This document shows positions 40,754 through 50,681 of a DNA stretch of 64,000 bases, one piece after another. A program made the position numbers and the translations under genes. The DNA is from a candidate division FCPU426 bacterium (GTDB lineage Bacteria > Oederibacteriota > Muellerivitia > Muellerivitales > Muellerivitaceae), in contig CAWKAR010000026.1 in assembly GCA_963847625.1 (NCBI GenBank), forward strand, positions 64,001-128,000, given 5' to 3'. Below the pieces are notes generated by a model. It worked only from the letters and a program-made list of their open reading frames with translations, was not told the DNA's origin and ran no database searches. Position 1 is the first letter of the stretch; every line of letters starts with the position of its first letter.

Positions 40754-42271
40754 TCAGCTATCAAAGGTCATTTTTTCCTCGTCCTCGCGCTGCCGGAGTA
40801 GCGGGAAAAGGATGACGTCCCGGATGGAGGAGCTGTTCGTCAAGAGCATCAGGAGGCGGTCGATCCCGATGCCCACCCCGCCCGCGGGGGGCATTCCGTA
40901 GGAGAGCGCGAGGATATAATCCTCGTCCAGGTACATGCCTTCCTCGTCCCCGGCCTTGCGCAGCTCCACTTGTTTCTCGAACCGCCGTCGCTGGTCCATC
41001 GGGTCGTTCAACTCGGAAAACCCGTTGGCGATCTCCCGACCCAGGACGAACAGTTCGAACCGTTCCGTCAGGGCCGGATTCTCCGCCTTGGCCTTGGCAA
41101 GCGGTGAGACTTCCACCGGAAAGTCCGTGATAAAAGTGGGTTGGACCAATTTGGATTCCACCAATTCCCCGAAAAGGATGTAGGCCAACTCGGCCTTGGA
41201 CAGCGAGTCGATATGCCGAACATTGGCCGGTGAATTTCGGACCCGCTTCCTCAGTTCCTCTAATGTGATTTTTTCATAATCCAAGCCCCCGATTTCCATT
41301 AAGCCCTGAAGCAATGGAATTCGTTTGAACGGGGGGGTAAAGTCAATTTCAATTTCCCCCACCTTGATCTTTAAATCCCGTCCAGCTGCCCGAACTCCTT
41401 CCGCGATGACTTTCTCGGTCAGGATCATGGCGGTCTCGTTGTTTCCATAGGCCTGGTAGGCCTCCATCATGGTGAACTCGGGATTGTGCTGGATGCTGAT
41501 TCCCTCATTGCGGAAACTCCGGTTGATCTCATAAACCCGCTCGAATCCCCCCACCAAAAGGCGCTTCAAGTAAAGCTCGGGAGCAACCCTCATGAAAAGG
41601 TCCATGTCCAACGCGTTGTGGTGGGTCGTGAAGGGCTTGGCTGCTGCGCCGCCCGGGATGGGGTGAAGCATGGGCGTTTCCACCTCCAGGAACCCCTGGG
41701 ATTCCATGTACCGGCGGATGGCCGCCACCACCCTGGAACGGGTCTCGAAAGTCCTGCGGACCTCCTCGTTGACGATCAGGTCCACGTAACGGTGTCGGTA
41801 CCGGGCCTCCACGTCCGTCAGGCCGTGCCACTTTTCCGGGAGCGGATGGAGAGCCTTGGAAAGGACTTGGAAGGTTTCCACGTGGACCGTGACCTCCCCG
41901 GTTTTCGTCTTGAAGGGAAACCCTTTGACGCCGATGATGTCGCCCATTTCCAAGAGGCCGAAAACCTGGTAAGCGGCCTCGCCGACCCCGTCCAGCTTCG
42001 TGTAAATCTGGATTCTTCCCTTCGAGTCCTGAAGGTGCGCGAACGCGCTCTTGCCGTGCCCCCGAAGTGTCATGATGCGTCCGGCCACGGCCACCTTCTC
42101 GTCCTCCTTGTGATCCCCCGCCTCCAACCCCTGGTAACGGTCCAAAAGGTCCTTGGAATGGTGAGTTTGCTCGAAGGCCGCCGCAGGATAGGGTTGGACA
42201 CCCTTTTCCTTGAGCTCTTTCAACTTTTCCAATCGGGTCTTGATGAATTCATTTAGTTCTGACATAAACAT
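40754..42271 (-). CDS. lysS: Lysine-tRNA ligase (class II)
   Basis: PLPEKWHGL, GGAAAKPF, FRNEG, HNPEFT, GIGIDRL. Confidence 0.98.
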   Translation of the reverse strand: MFMSELNEFIKTRLEKLKELKEKGVQPYPAAAFEQTHHSKDLLDRYQGLEAGDHKEDEKVAVAGRIMTLRGHGKSAFAHLQDSKGRIQIYTKLDGVGEAAYQVFGLLEMGDIIGVKGFPFKTKTGEVTVHVETFQVLSKALHPLPEKWHGLTDVEARYRHRYVDLIVNEEVRRTFETRSRVVAAIRRYMESQGFLEVETPMLHPIPGGAAAKPFTTHHNALDMDLFMRVAPELYLKRLLVGGFERVYEINRSFRNEGISIQHNPEFTMMEAYQAYGNNETAMILTEKVIAEGVRAAGRDLKIKVGEIEIDFTPPFKRIPLLQGLMEIGGLDYEKITLEELRKRVRNSPANVRHIDSLSKAELAYILFGELVESKLVQPTFITDFPVEVSPLAKAKAENPALTERFELFVLGREIANGFSELNDPMDQRRRFEKQVELRKAGDEEGMYLDEDYILALSYGMPPAGGVGIGIDRLLMLLTNSSSIRDVILFPLLRQREDEEKMTFDS

Positions 42272-42352
42272 GATTCTCCTGAAGATTCCTCTTTAAAAAA
42301 TAATGTTCCGCGTGAAATCCTGAACCGCTCAAGCGCTTTGTTCAAGACACTC

Positions 42353-43454
42353 CTAATTTGAATTGATCCGTTTATCCTTCAAAGCCGCCTCGATGAAGAG
42401 GTCCAAATCCCCGTCCATGACGCGAGCGATATCGCCTACTTCCATTTCAGTCCGGTGATCCTTCACCATCTGGTATGGCTGGAACACATAGGAACGGATT
42501 TGGCTTCCCCATTCTATTTTTTTCTTGGAACCCGCTACTTTGGCCATTTCCTCGTCGTGCAGGTCCTGGTAGTGCTGGAAAAGCCTGGCTTTCAGCATTC
42601 TCATGGCTTGTTCACGGTTCTGGAGCTGGGAACGCTGGGTCTGGCAGGCAACGATGATATTGGTGGGTACGTGGGTCAGGCGGACCGCCGTTTCCACTTT
42701 ATTGACATTCTGCCCACCCTTGCCGCCTGAGCGGAAAGTGTCCAGCTTGATATCATCCGGATTAATCTCGAATTCCACATCCTCTACCTCGGGCATGACG
42801 TCCACCGAGGAGAAGGAGGTATGCCGCCTTTTGTTCGCGTCAAAAGGGGAGATTCGCACAAGCCGGTGAACCCCTTTTTCCACCTTGAGAAGCCCGTAAG
42901 CCCAGGGACCTTTAACAAGTAGGGAAACCGACTTGATGCCGGCTTCCTCCGCCACCTGGAGGTCGAGGGTTTCTACCTCAAATCCCTTCTTTTCCATCCA
43001 CCGCAGATACATCCGGAGCAGGATTTGCGCCCAATCCTGACTTTCGGTGCCCCCCGCGCCGGGATGAATGGAAACATAAGCGTTATTGAAATCGTATTTG
43101 CCTGTGAAATTGCGTTTGAGCTCGAATTTGCTGAAATCTTCGTCGAATTTCTGCTGGCTTTGCTTCAATTCCGCGAGCAACGCGTCGTCGTGTTGTTCCT
43201 TGAGCAATTCCTGGCAGGTGATCAGGTCGTGGTACTGCTTCTGGAAATCCTCAAACAGAGCTAAATTGTCTTTCAATCGTGCAATCTGCCCGGTTATTTT
43301 CCTAGCTTCTTGGGTATTGTTCCAAAAATCAGGCTGAATGGTCCGTTCTTCCTGTGAGGCTATGTCCCGCTTGAGTTTATCGGGGTCAAAGATGATCCCT
43401 CACTTCGGTGAATTTCCTCTCTAAGGACTTGACGTCCAGCTCGAATAACGCCAA
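42353..43454 (-). CDS. prfB: Peptide chain release factor 2, programmed +1 frameshift
   Basis: Segment 1 43454-43389 ([25 protein letters not shown]), then CTT TGA C with internal SD AGGGA. Segment 2 43387-42353 is in frame and contains SPF and GGQ. Confidence 0.96.
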
Positions 43455-43711
43455 TCCAACCACCACCCTTCCGATGAAATTCGGCGGTCCCCAAGGGAGG
43501 GCCGTCCTGAAAAACCTTTTGGGAATGGACAGGATATAGTACCCATTCCCATAAAACACTAAAAAAACCGCCAAAAGGTTCTACTACCTCCGCCGATTTG
43601 CGCCGGAAACCTAGTACCTGCCTTCGTCTCATTGATTGACAGGTCTTAGGCTCTCCCCTAAACTTTCTGGAATCTTCCGTATTCAAGCTATTTTCCCGTT
43701 CAAGGAATGTC

Positions 43712-46123
43712 ATGCTGATCTCCTATCAATGGCTAAAAAACTACATCAAGTGTCCCGAGCCTGTGGAAGCCATCGCCTCACGGCTCACCCATGCTGGCGT
43801 GGAAGTGGGCAAAATCCAGGCCCTGGGAAAAGACATTACCCAGGTCGTGGTGGCGGAACTCCTGGCGGTGGAAAAGCACCCCCAGGCCGACCGCCTATCC
43901 CTGACCCGGGTCACCGACGGGAAGGACACCTTCCAGGTGGTATGCGGGGCCAAGAATATAGCGCCGGGCCAAAAGGTGCCCCTCGCCCGCATTGGAGCGG
44001 TGCTTCCGGGTAATTTCGAAATCAAAGCCGCGAAGATCCGGGGTATCGAGTCTTTCGGCATGCTTTGCTCGGCAAAAGAACTGGGGATCGCCGAGGACGC
44101 CGAGGGTATTTTGATCCTGTCTCCGGATGCGCCGGTCGGGGAGGATTTCCGCCGATACATGGGTTTTCCCGACTTTCTCCTGGAATTGGAGGTCACCCCC
44201 AACCGGCCGGATCTTCTCAGCCATCTGGGGATGGCCCGGGAATTGGGGGCCGTCCTTCACCGGAAAATCCAGCCTCCCAAGGTCAAGAAATTGCCGGAGG
44301 GGAAGATTTCCAGCGCCAAGCTTGCCCGCGTTACGATCCAGGCCCCCGATCTCTGCCGCCAATATGCCTGTAGGATTATTGAGGGAATCCAAGTCGGTCC
44401 CTCGCCCCGCTGGCTTTCTCAGGCCCTTGAAAAGCTGGGTCAGCGTTCCATCAATAACATCGTGGACGTCACCAATTACATCTTGATGGAATTGGGGCAG
44501 CCTTTGCACGCTTTTGACTTGAACCAACTGAGAGGTTCCCAAATCATCGTGAGAAAAGCTGGAAAAGGTGAAAAAATCCCGCTCCTGGACAATACCGAAA
44601 GGACACTGAGCGAAGATATGCTCGTGATCGCCGATTCGGAACGTCCCGTGGCATTGGCCGGCATCATGGGAGGAGGCAATTCCCAAGTGACGGAGACTAC
44701 CCGGAATATCCTTTTGGAATCAGCTTACTTCCTCCCCGGCAGTATCCGCAAGACCGCGAGGAACCTGGGGCTTTCCACAGACTCCTCCTACCGGTTTGAA
44801 CGGGGCGTGGACCCGCAAGGAATCCTGGTGGCATTGAACCGGGCCGCGGAACTTGTTTTGGAGGTGGGAGGAGGCACTCTGGCCAAGGGTGTTCTTTCCC
44901 CCGCCGTAAAACCCTTTCAAGCCCCGAAGATCAACTTTCGTCCCGCGCGCGCCAACAAGATCCTGGGCTTTAATATTCCGCCCAAGACCCAAGTCCGATT
45001 CCTGAAAGACTTGGGCTGTCGGTTGAAGGGTCCGCTCACCTCCAAATCTATTTTGGTCATCCCCCCCAGCGCTAGGGTTGACCTGACCCGGGAAATCGAC
45101 CTGATCGAGGAAATCGCCCGGCTTCAGGGCTACGACCGGATACCGTCCATCCCCCCCCGGATCCCGGCAAACCTTTCTTCTATCGAGCAAAGCCTGCCAC
45201 ATGAAAAGCAAATCCGGTTTCTTTTCCACCAAGCTGGCCTGAACGAGGCCGTCAACTCCTCTTTCCTTCCCGAGGAATTCACCGAGAAGTTGGCTCTTCC
45301 GGAGAATCATCCATTCCGCCGGTTTCATCGGGTACTGAATCCCATTGCCGAGGACCAGAAAGTTTTAAGGCCATCCTTGCTTCCATCGTTGTTAGCCAAT
45401 GTCCATCTGAATTTCTCCCGCCAACAGGAAAAAGTCGCCCTTTATGAGATCAACAAAGTATTCCACCCGGCGGAGAGAGGGCGGGTTCAGGAGCGGTTTT
45501 CAGCGGCCGCGGTACTTGCCGGGCTTTCCGGGCCTCCGGCATGGTTTCGAACCAGCCGGGCGGCGGACTTTTACGACATGAAAGGGCTGGCCGAGAACGT
45601 TCTTTCCTTCTGCCGCCTGGAGGGGACTCGCTGGGCATTCGGCGGCCTTTCCTCGCCCTATTGGGCTCCTGAAAGTTTCGAGGTGAAAACCAAGGAAGGG
45701 AAGCCCCTTCTCCAGGGGGGCGCCTTAAACCCCAAAGTGTCAAAGGCCTTTGACCTGCCGTCGGCCTGTCTCGCCCTGGAAATTGACCTGACTGAATTAA
45801 ACCTCAACCTCTCCTTACCCCCGAAGTTCAGTCCCCTCCCAAAATTTCCAGGGGCGTGGAGGGACATTGCCCTGGTGGTGCCTGATGGTGTAACATCAAG
45901 CCAAGTTACGGATGCGGTTCAAGAACTGCGGATCGCGGAATTAAAAGCCGTCACGCTCTTTGACCTGTACCGGGGCGCCAATGTGGCCCCTGGTTTCCGA
46001 AGCCTCGCCTTCCGGCTTCACTTCCGCAACGAGGAAAGAACCTTAACGGACGCAGAAGTCGCGGAAAAAGTGGCGAAAATCGTATCTAGCTTGAAGGAGA
46101 GGTTTTCCATTGAACTCCGATGA
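43712..46123 (+). CDS. pheT: Phenylalanine-tRNA ligase beta subunit
   Basis: SYQWL, HPQADRL, VVCGA, TPNRPD, GQPLHAFD, RFERG, RDIALVV, LFDLY. Confidence 0.97.
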   Translation: MLISYQWLKNYIKCPEPVEAIASRLTHAGVEVGKIQALGKDITQVVVAELLAVEKHPQADRLSLTRVTDGKDTFQVVCGAKNIAPGQKVPLARIGAVLPGNFEIKAAKIRGIESFGMLCSAKELGIAEDAEGILILSPDAPVGEDFRRYMGFPDFLLELEVTPNRPDLLSHLGMARELGAVLHRKIQPPKVKKLPEGKISSAKLARVTIQAPDLCRQYACRIIEGIQVGPSPRWLSQALEKLGQRSINNIVDVTNYILMELGQPLHAFDLNQLRGSQIIVRKAGKGEKIPLLDNTERTLSEDMLVIADSERPVALAGIMGGGNSQVTETTRNILLESAYFLPGSIRKTARNLGLSTDSSYRFERGVDPQGILVALNRAAELVLEVGGGTLAKGVLSPAVKPFQAPKINFRPARANKILGFNIPPKTQVRFLKDLGCRLKGPLTSKSILVIPPSARVDLTREIDLIEEIARLQGYDRIPSIPPRIPANLSSIEQSLPHEKQIRFLFHQAGLNEAVNSSFLPEEFTEKLALPENHPFRRFHRVLNPIAEDQKVLRPSLLPSLLANVHLNFSRQQEKVALYEINKVFHPAERGRVQERFSAAAVLAGLSGPPAWFRTSRAADFYDMKGLAENVLSFCRLEGTRWAFGGLSSPYWAPESFEVKTKEGKPLLQGGALNPKVSKAFDLPSACLALEIDLTELNLNLSLPPKFSPLPKFPGAWRDIALVVPDGVTSSQVTDAVQELRIAELKAVTLFDLYRGANVAPGFRSLAFRLHFRNEERTLTDAEVAEKVAKIVSSLKERFSIELR

Positions 46124-46442
46124 GCTGTTCCCCTCCACCGCCGATCCCCAGGCCCAATGGCTTGGCTTGGAAAAAAGGATCAACCTTCTTCTGGAGGGGA
46201 TCGTACAGTTGAGGAACGCCAACGCCCTCCTCATGAAAGAAAACGTCCAAATAAAGAACCAAATGAAGGAAAAAAACGGTGAATCAAACGGCGCCCCGAC
46301 CGCCGAGGAGTTCCAAAAACTAAAGAAACAATACGAGGAAGCCCTCGAGGACCTGAAAAAGGTCAAGCAGAACCTCCAACACATCGAGAAACTGGCCGAG
46401 GAGCTTAAATTGGAAGATACTGAAACCGTTTCCGAAGGGTGA
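46110..46442 (+). CDS. Coiled-coil protein, ZapB-like
   Basis: LEKRINLLL heptads; occupies the conserved position between pheT and zapA. Confidence 0.6.
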   Translation: MNSDELFPSTADPQAQWLGLEKRINLLLEGIVQLRNANALLMKENVQIKNQMKEKNGESNGAPTAEEFQKLKKQYEEALEDLKKVKQNLQHIEKLAEELKLEDTETVSEG

Positions 46443-47347
46443 CCATGGTCGAGAAAAAATCAGTCACAGTCAATATTTACGGCAACGAATACACCCTCAA
46501 GGGGGAGGCTGACCCCCAGTACATCGCCGAGCTCGCCAAGTTCGTGGACGCCAAAATGGGGGAAATCGGCAAGAAATCTTCCGCTCCGGCCGCGAAGGTC
46601 GCCATCCTGGCATCCATGAACCTGGCCGATGAGCTGCACCGGCTGGAAAAAACCAAGGCCGAGCACCTGAAGTTGATTGAAACCCTCGAGAAAAACCTGT
46701 TGGAAATGAAAAAGTCCTCCGACGGTTCGCTGAAACACACCTTGGAGCTCAAGGAACAAGTCGACCGTTTCAAGGTTGACGCTGGCGAGAACACTAAAAT
46801 GGCCGATGAAGCCAGGACTGAAGTCAAAAAGATAATGAAGGAACGCAACGAAGCCCTGCAAAAATCCGAGGAACTGGCCCAGGAAATTGAAACCTTAAAA
46901 CAGGAACTTGAGGGTTTAAAACCGGAACTGGAAGATCTTCGGGAAAGCCTGGATGCCGAAAAGAAAAAAGGCCGGGAAACCCAGGAAGAAGCAGATCGGT
47001 TGCAGGCCGAAGAGCTGGAAAGCCTTCGGAAAAGTCTGGATGCAGAAAAGAAAAAGAACCAGGAAACCCAGGAAGAAGCGGATCGGTTGCAGGCCGAAGA
47101 GCTGGAAAGCCTCCGGAAAAGCCTGGATACAGAAAAGAAAAAGAACCAGGAAACCCAGGAAGAAGTGGATCAGTTGAAGGCTGAATTAAACGAATCCCAA
47201 TCCGAATTGGAAATGGCCATGGAAGATCTTGAAAAAATTAAAGCGGTTCCGCCTGCGGTGGAACCCAAAACCGCTCCCTCCTTTTTACCCACCAATGAAA
47301 AATTACAGGCTTTATTCCGGAAAATTGACGCAGTTTTGGAATTATAA
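46439..47347 (+). CDS. zapA: Cell division protein ZapA with long coiled-coil extension
   Basis: VTVNIYGNEYTL, LAKFVDAKM, AILASMNLADEL, then ~210 aa of coiled coil. Confidence 0.85.
   Translation: MTMVEKKSVTVNIYGNEYTLKGEADPQYIAELAKFVDAKMGEIGKKSSAPAAKVAILASMNLADELHRLEKTKAEHLKLIETLEKNLLEMKKSSDGSLKHTLELKEQVDRFKVDAGENTKMADEARTEVKKIMKERNEALQKSEELAQEIETLKQELEGLKPELEDLRESLDAEKKKGRETQEEADRLQAEELESLRKSLDAEKKKNQETQEEADRLQAEELESLRKSLDTEKKKNQETQEEVDQLKAELNESQSELEMAMEDLEKIKAVPPAVEPKTAPSFLPTNEKLQALFRKIDAVLEL
46925..47185 (+). repeat. Three tandem 87-bp (29-aa) intragenic repeats
   Basis: Units start at 46925, 47012 and 47099: ELESLRKSLDAEKKKNQETQEEADRLQAE. Confidence 0.93.
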
Positions 47348-47402
47348 AGTAGTCCGCCTAAGACCCTACCCCAACCCAACTTTCTCATAAAAATTTGGAA
47401 GG

Positions 47403-49919
47403 CTATTCGATTTTTACCGGTTTGGCCTTCCAAATCTCGTCGCAATATTGCCGGATAGTCCTGTCGCTGGAGAATTTTCCCATCCGCGCCACGTTCAGGA
47501 TGGCCATGCAGGTCCACATTTTTTGATCCAGGTATAGCTGGGCCACTTTCTCCTGGCATTCGATATAAGGGGTGAAATCGGCCAGAAGAAGGTATTCGTC
47601 CACGTTCATCAGGGAATCCACGATGGGCTGGAACAAGCCCGGATTTTCCGGCGAGAAAAAGCCGCTGGAGATGAGGTCGAAAACACCCTTCAATTCCTGT
47701 GATTCATCGTAATAAAACCGGGGCCGGTACCCTTCCCGTTTGAAGCGGGCCACTTCTTCCGCCTTCAGCCCGAAAATGAATATGTTCTCATCCCCGACTT
47801 CCTCCCGGATCTCGATGTTAGCCCCGTCCAAAGTGCCGATGGTCAAGGCGCCGTTGAGCGCGAATTTCATGTTTCCGGTCCCGGAAGCTTCTTTACCAGC
47901 CGTGGAGATTTGCTCGGAAAGGTCGGTTGCGGGGATGATCTTTTCCGCCAGTGAAACCCGGTAATTCGGCATGAAAACCACCATGAGTTTTCCCTTGGTT
48001 TGGGGATCCTGGTTCACCACATCCGCGATGGAATTGATGAACTTGATGATGAGTTTGGCCGTGGCATAGCCTGGCGCCGCCTTGCCCCCGAAAATAACTG
48101 TTCTCGGTACAAAAGACACTTTGGGGTCGGCCTTGATCCTGCGGTAAAGGGCGATGACATGAAGGGCGTTCAACAACTGCCGTTTATACTCGTGGATGCG
48201 TTTGACCTGGACGTCGAACAGGGAACGCGGGTCAACCGCCAGGCGTTGTTCCGCCGCGATCAAACCCGCCAGTTTTTCCTTGTTCAGCCGTTTCACTTCC
48301 CGCCAGTCGGACTGGAATTTTTCGTCATTTGCGTATTTCTCGAGCTTTCTCAACTTTTCCAGGTCCGTGATCCAGCCGTCCCCGATCTTGGAGATGATGA
48401 GATGCGCCAAGTTTGGGTTGCACTTTCTCAACCAGCGGCGCTGGGTGATGCCGTTGGTCTTGTTATTAAAACGCTCGGGATAAAGGTCGAAAAAGTCTGG
48501 AACCACTTGGGTTTTCAACAGGTCGGTATGCAATGCGGAAACCCCGTTCACCGAGTGGGACCCGATGATCGCCAAATGGGCCATCCGGATCTGGGGATCG
48601 TGGCCCTCCTCGAATATCGACATGCGGCGGAGGCGTTCCACATCCCCGGGGTGCCGGTTGGCGACTTCCCTTAAGAAACGGGCGTTGATTTCCTGGATGA
48701 TTTGCAGATGCCTTGGAAAAAGCCGGCCGAACAGGTTCAAGGGCCACTTTTCAAGGGATTCCGGCAGGAGCGTGTGGTTGGTATAGGCGTAGACCGACCG
48801 GGTAATTTTCCAGGCCCTATCCCAGTCCAACCCTTCTTCATCCACCAGGATCTTCATGAATTCAGCCACGGCAATGGCAGGGTGGGTGTCGTTCAACTGA
48901 ATGGCGGCCACATCCGGTAAAAGGTTGAAATCGGTATGCTCCCTCTTAAAACGTCGCAGGATGTCTTGAATGGAGGCGGACACGAAGAAATATTGCTGTT
49001 TCAAGCGCAGTTCCCGGCCCTCTGAGCTGTTGTCGTTGGGGTAAAGGACCTTGGAGATGGACTCCGTCTCAGTCTTCTTGGATGTGGCGGCGAAATAATT
49101 GCCCTTGTTGAAGAAATCCAAGTCGAATTCCTGGGTGGCCTTGGCTGACCAAAGCCTCAAGTTATTGACTGTCCTATGGCCGTAACCGGGAACCGGGGTG
49201 TCATAGGCCATGGCTAGAACGTCTTCGGTATCGACCCAATCGAAGGCCAGTTTCCCAGTCCGGCTTACCCTTTGGACCACGCGCCCGCCGAATCGGATCC
49301 GGTAGGTGTACTCGGGCCGTGAGATTTCCCAGGGGTTTTCACTGGATAGCCATTCATCCGGTTCTTCCACCTGGTAACCCCGCACAATCTTCTGGCGGAA
49401 AATTCCGTAATCGTACCGGATGCCGTACCCATAGGCGGGTATTTCCAAGGTCGCGAGGGAATCCATAAAGCAAGCCGCCAGGCGGCCTAGGCCTCCGTTT
49501 CCCAAGCCCGCGTCAATTTCCAATTCCCGTAAATCCTCCAGGGCCAATCCCAGCTCATCCAGGGCTTTAACGACGCTATTCTCAGCCTGTAAGTTCAGGA
49601 TGGAATTCCCCAAAGTGCGCCCGATCAGGAATTCCAGGGACAAGTAATAAACCCTTTTCACCTTTTGGGACCTGTATGTTTTCTGGGTGTCCATCCAGTT
49701 TTCCACCAGGCGTTCCCGGATGGCGTAAGCCAGGCTCAGGTATCGGTCGTAGGGGGTCGCAGTGTCGGGCTCCTTGGCAAGGAGATATTTGAGGTTGTTT
49801 TGGAAGGAATGGATAAAATCTTCGGGCTTGAAACCGAAGTGGGATTCCCCATTCGGTTGAGTCGTGGCCTCGAGCTGGATCTTGCTGGTTTTCATCGTGT
49901 TATTTTTTTTCATTTTCAT
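47403..49919 (-). CDS. glgP: Glycogen/starch phosphorylase (start may be 49895)
   Basis: GLGNGGLGRLAAC, QLNDTHP, KRIHEYKRQ, EASGTGNMKF (PLP site), FSSDRTI. Confidence 0.97.
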   Translation of the reverse strand: MKMKKNNTMKTSKIQLEATTQPNGESHFGFKPEDFIHSFQNNLKYLLAKEPDTATPYDRYLSLAYAIRERLVENWMDTQKTYRSQKVKRVYYLSLEFLIGRTLGNSILNLQAENSVVKALDELGLALEDLRELEIDAGLGNGGLGRLAACFMDSLATLEIPAYGYGIRYDYGIFRQKIVRGYQVEEPDEWLSSENPWEISRPEYTYRIRFGGRVVQRVSRTGKLAFDWVDTEDVLAMAYDTPVPGYGHRTVNNLRLWSAKATQEFDLDFFNKGNYFAATSKKTETESISKVLYPNDNSSEGRELRLKQQYFFVSASIQDILRRFKREHTDFNLLPDVAAIQLNDTHPAIAVAEFMKILVDEEGLDWDRAWKITRSVYAYTNHTLLPESLEKWPLNLFGRLFPRHLQIIQEINARFLREVANRHPGDVERLRRMSIFEEGHDPQIRMAHLAIIGSHSVNGVSALHTDLLKTQVVPDFFDLYPERFNNKTNGITQRRWLRKCNPNLAHLIISKIGDGWITDLEKLRKLEKYANDEKFQSDWREVKRLNKEKLAGLIAAEQRLAVDPRSLFDVQVKRIHEYKRQLLNALHVIALYRRIKADPKVSFVPRTVIFGGKAAPGYATAKLIIKFINSIADVVNQDPQTKGKLMVVFMPNYRVSLAEKIIPATDLSEQISTAGKEASGTGNMKFALNGALTIGTLDGANIEIREEVGDENIFIFGLKAEEVARFKREGYRPRFYYDESQELKGVFDLISSGFFSPENPGLFQPIVDSLMNVDEYLLLADFTPYIECQEKVAQLYLDQKMWTCMAILNVARMGKFSSDRTIRQYCDEIWKAKPVKIE

Positions 49920-50169
49920 CCTTCACTTCAAAGTCCGCGTCGATCACGGGGGTATTGGACGCGGAACCTTCCCCTTCGGAGAGAATATTCTTATTTTTTT
50001 CCGCGGTTTGTTCCTGAGCCGGCAGGAACAGGAACCGAAGGACGGCGGCCCCTAAGGCCGCTCCGGCCACGGCCAAGGCCAGCACCATCGCGAACGGAAG
50101 CAAAGCCAGGGCCAACAAAATCAAAAACGGGATGATCCAACCCGGCGCCCGATAGAAGCGTATTTCCAT
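49900..50169 (-). CDS. Small membrane protein with FxsA-like C-terminal 'VIDADFEV' motif
   Basis: MEIRFYRAPG, hydrophobic stretch, acidic tail; start re-assigned to ATG 50169. Confidence 0.6.
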   Translation of the reverse strand: MEIRFYRAPGWIIPFLILLALALLPFAMVLALAVAGAALGAAVLRFLFLPAQEQTAEKNKNILSEGEGSASNTPVIDADFEVKDENEKK

Positions 50170-50400
50170 TCTCACAGGAAAAGAGGTCTCCGAAGAATTC
50201 CGAGCATTTTCGTACAGAGTCGTATATTTCTCAACATGAGATTTTTTCTCTTTTCCCATAAAGGGTATAAAGTCAAGCTGTTCCTCGAGATTTATCGTGC
50301 CAAACAATCCTGAATTCAGGAAAATAAGAGCTTATCCTGACTTCAATCGGATTTAGGTCAGGGTTCATCTGCTCTTAAATCCCAAGTCATTTCACCCTTA

Positions 50401-50428
50401 TTGACATGCCCCTCGGAAGTTTTAGAAT
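50401..50428 (+). promoter_or_regulatory. Sigma-70 promoter of 6S RNA
   Basis: TTGACA-N16-TAGAAT, ending about 7 nt before the RNA 5' end. Confidence 0.75.
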
Positions 50429-50434
50429 AGGTGT

Positions 50435-50615
50435 GCCCTCTGCGGTGTTCGATCTTGGGGCGGGAAATTTTGAGCCACAAAACAAATCAACGGGTTCCCT
50501 TATTCCAATCGGGGATAGCCTTCTTCGGAAGCGAATGAACCGCTTGGTCGGGCGCCCACCTGACTTAGTCAGGCCTCAAAAGAGTACTGTCTTAAACGGC
50601 ACAGGCGGGGGCTTT
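50435..50615 (+). ncRNA. ssrS: 6S RNA
   Basis: ~180 nt; the 5' GCCCTCTGCGGTGTTCG pairs with the 3' CGGCACAGGCGGGGGC; TTGAGCC/GGCCTCAA and GGG/CCCACCTG elements flank a central bubble; it lies between zapA and the formyl-THF cyclo-ligase gene. Confidence 0.88.
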
Positions 50616-50681
50616 TTTATTTCCTGATTCACCCCGGGTTTCCCACTTGTTGCCCCCGAAACCGGGCCGTATCATACCCCC

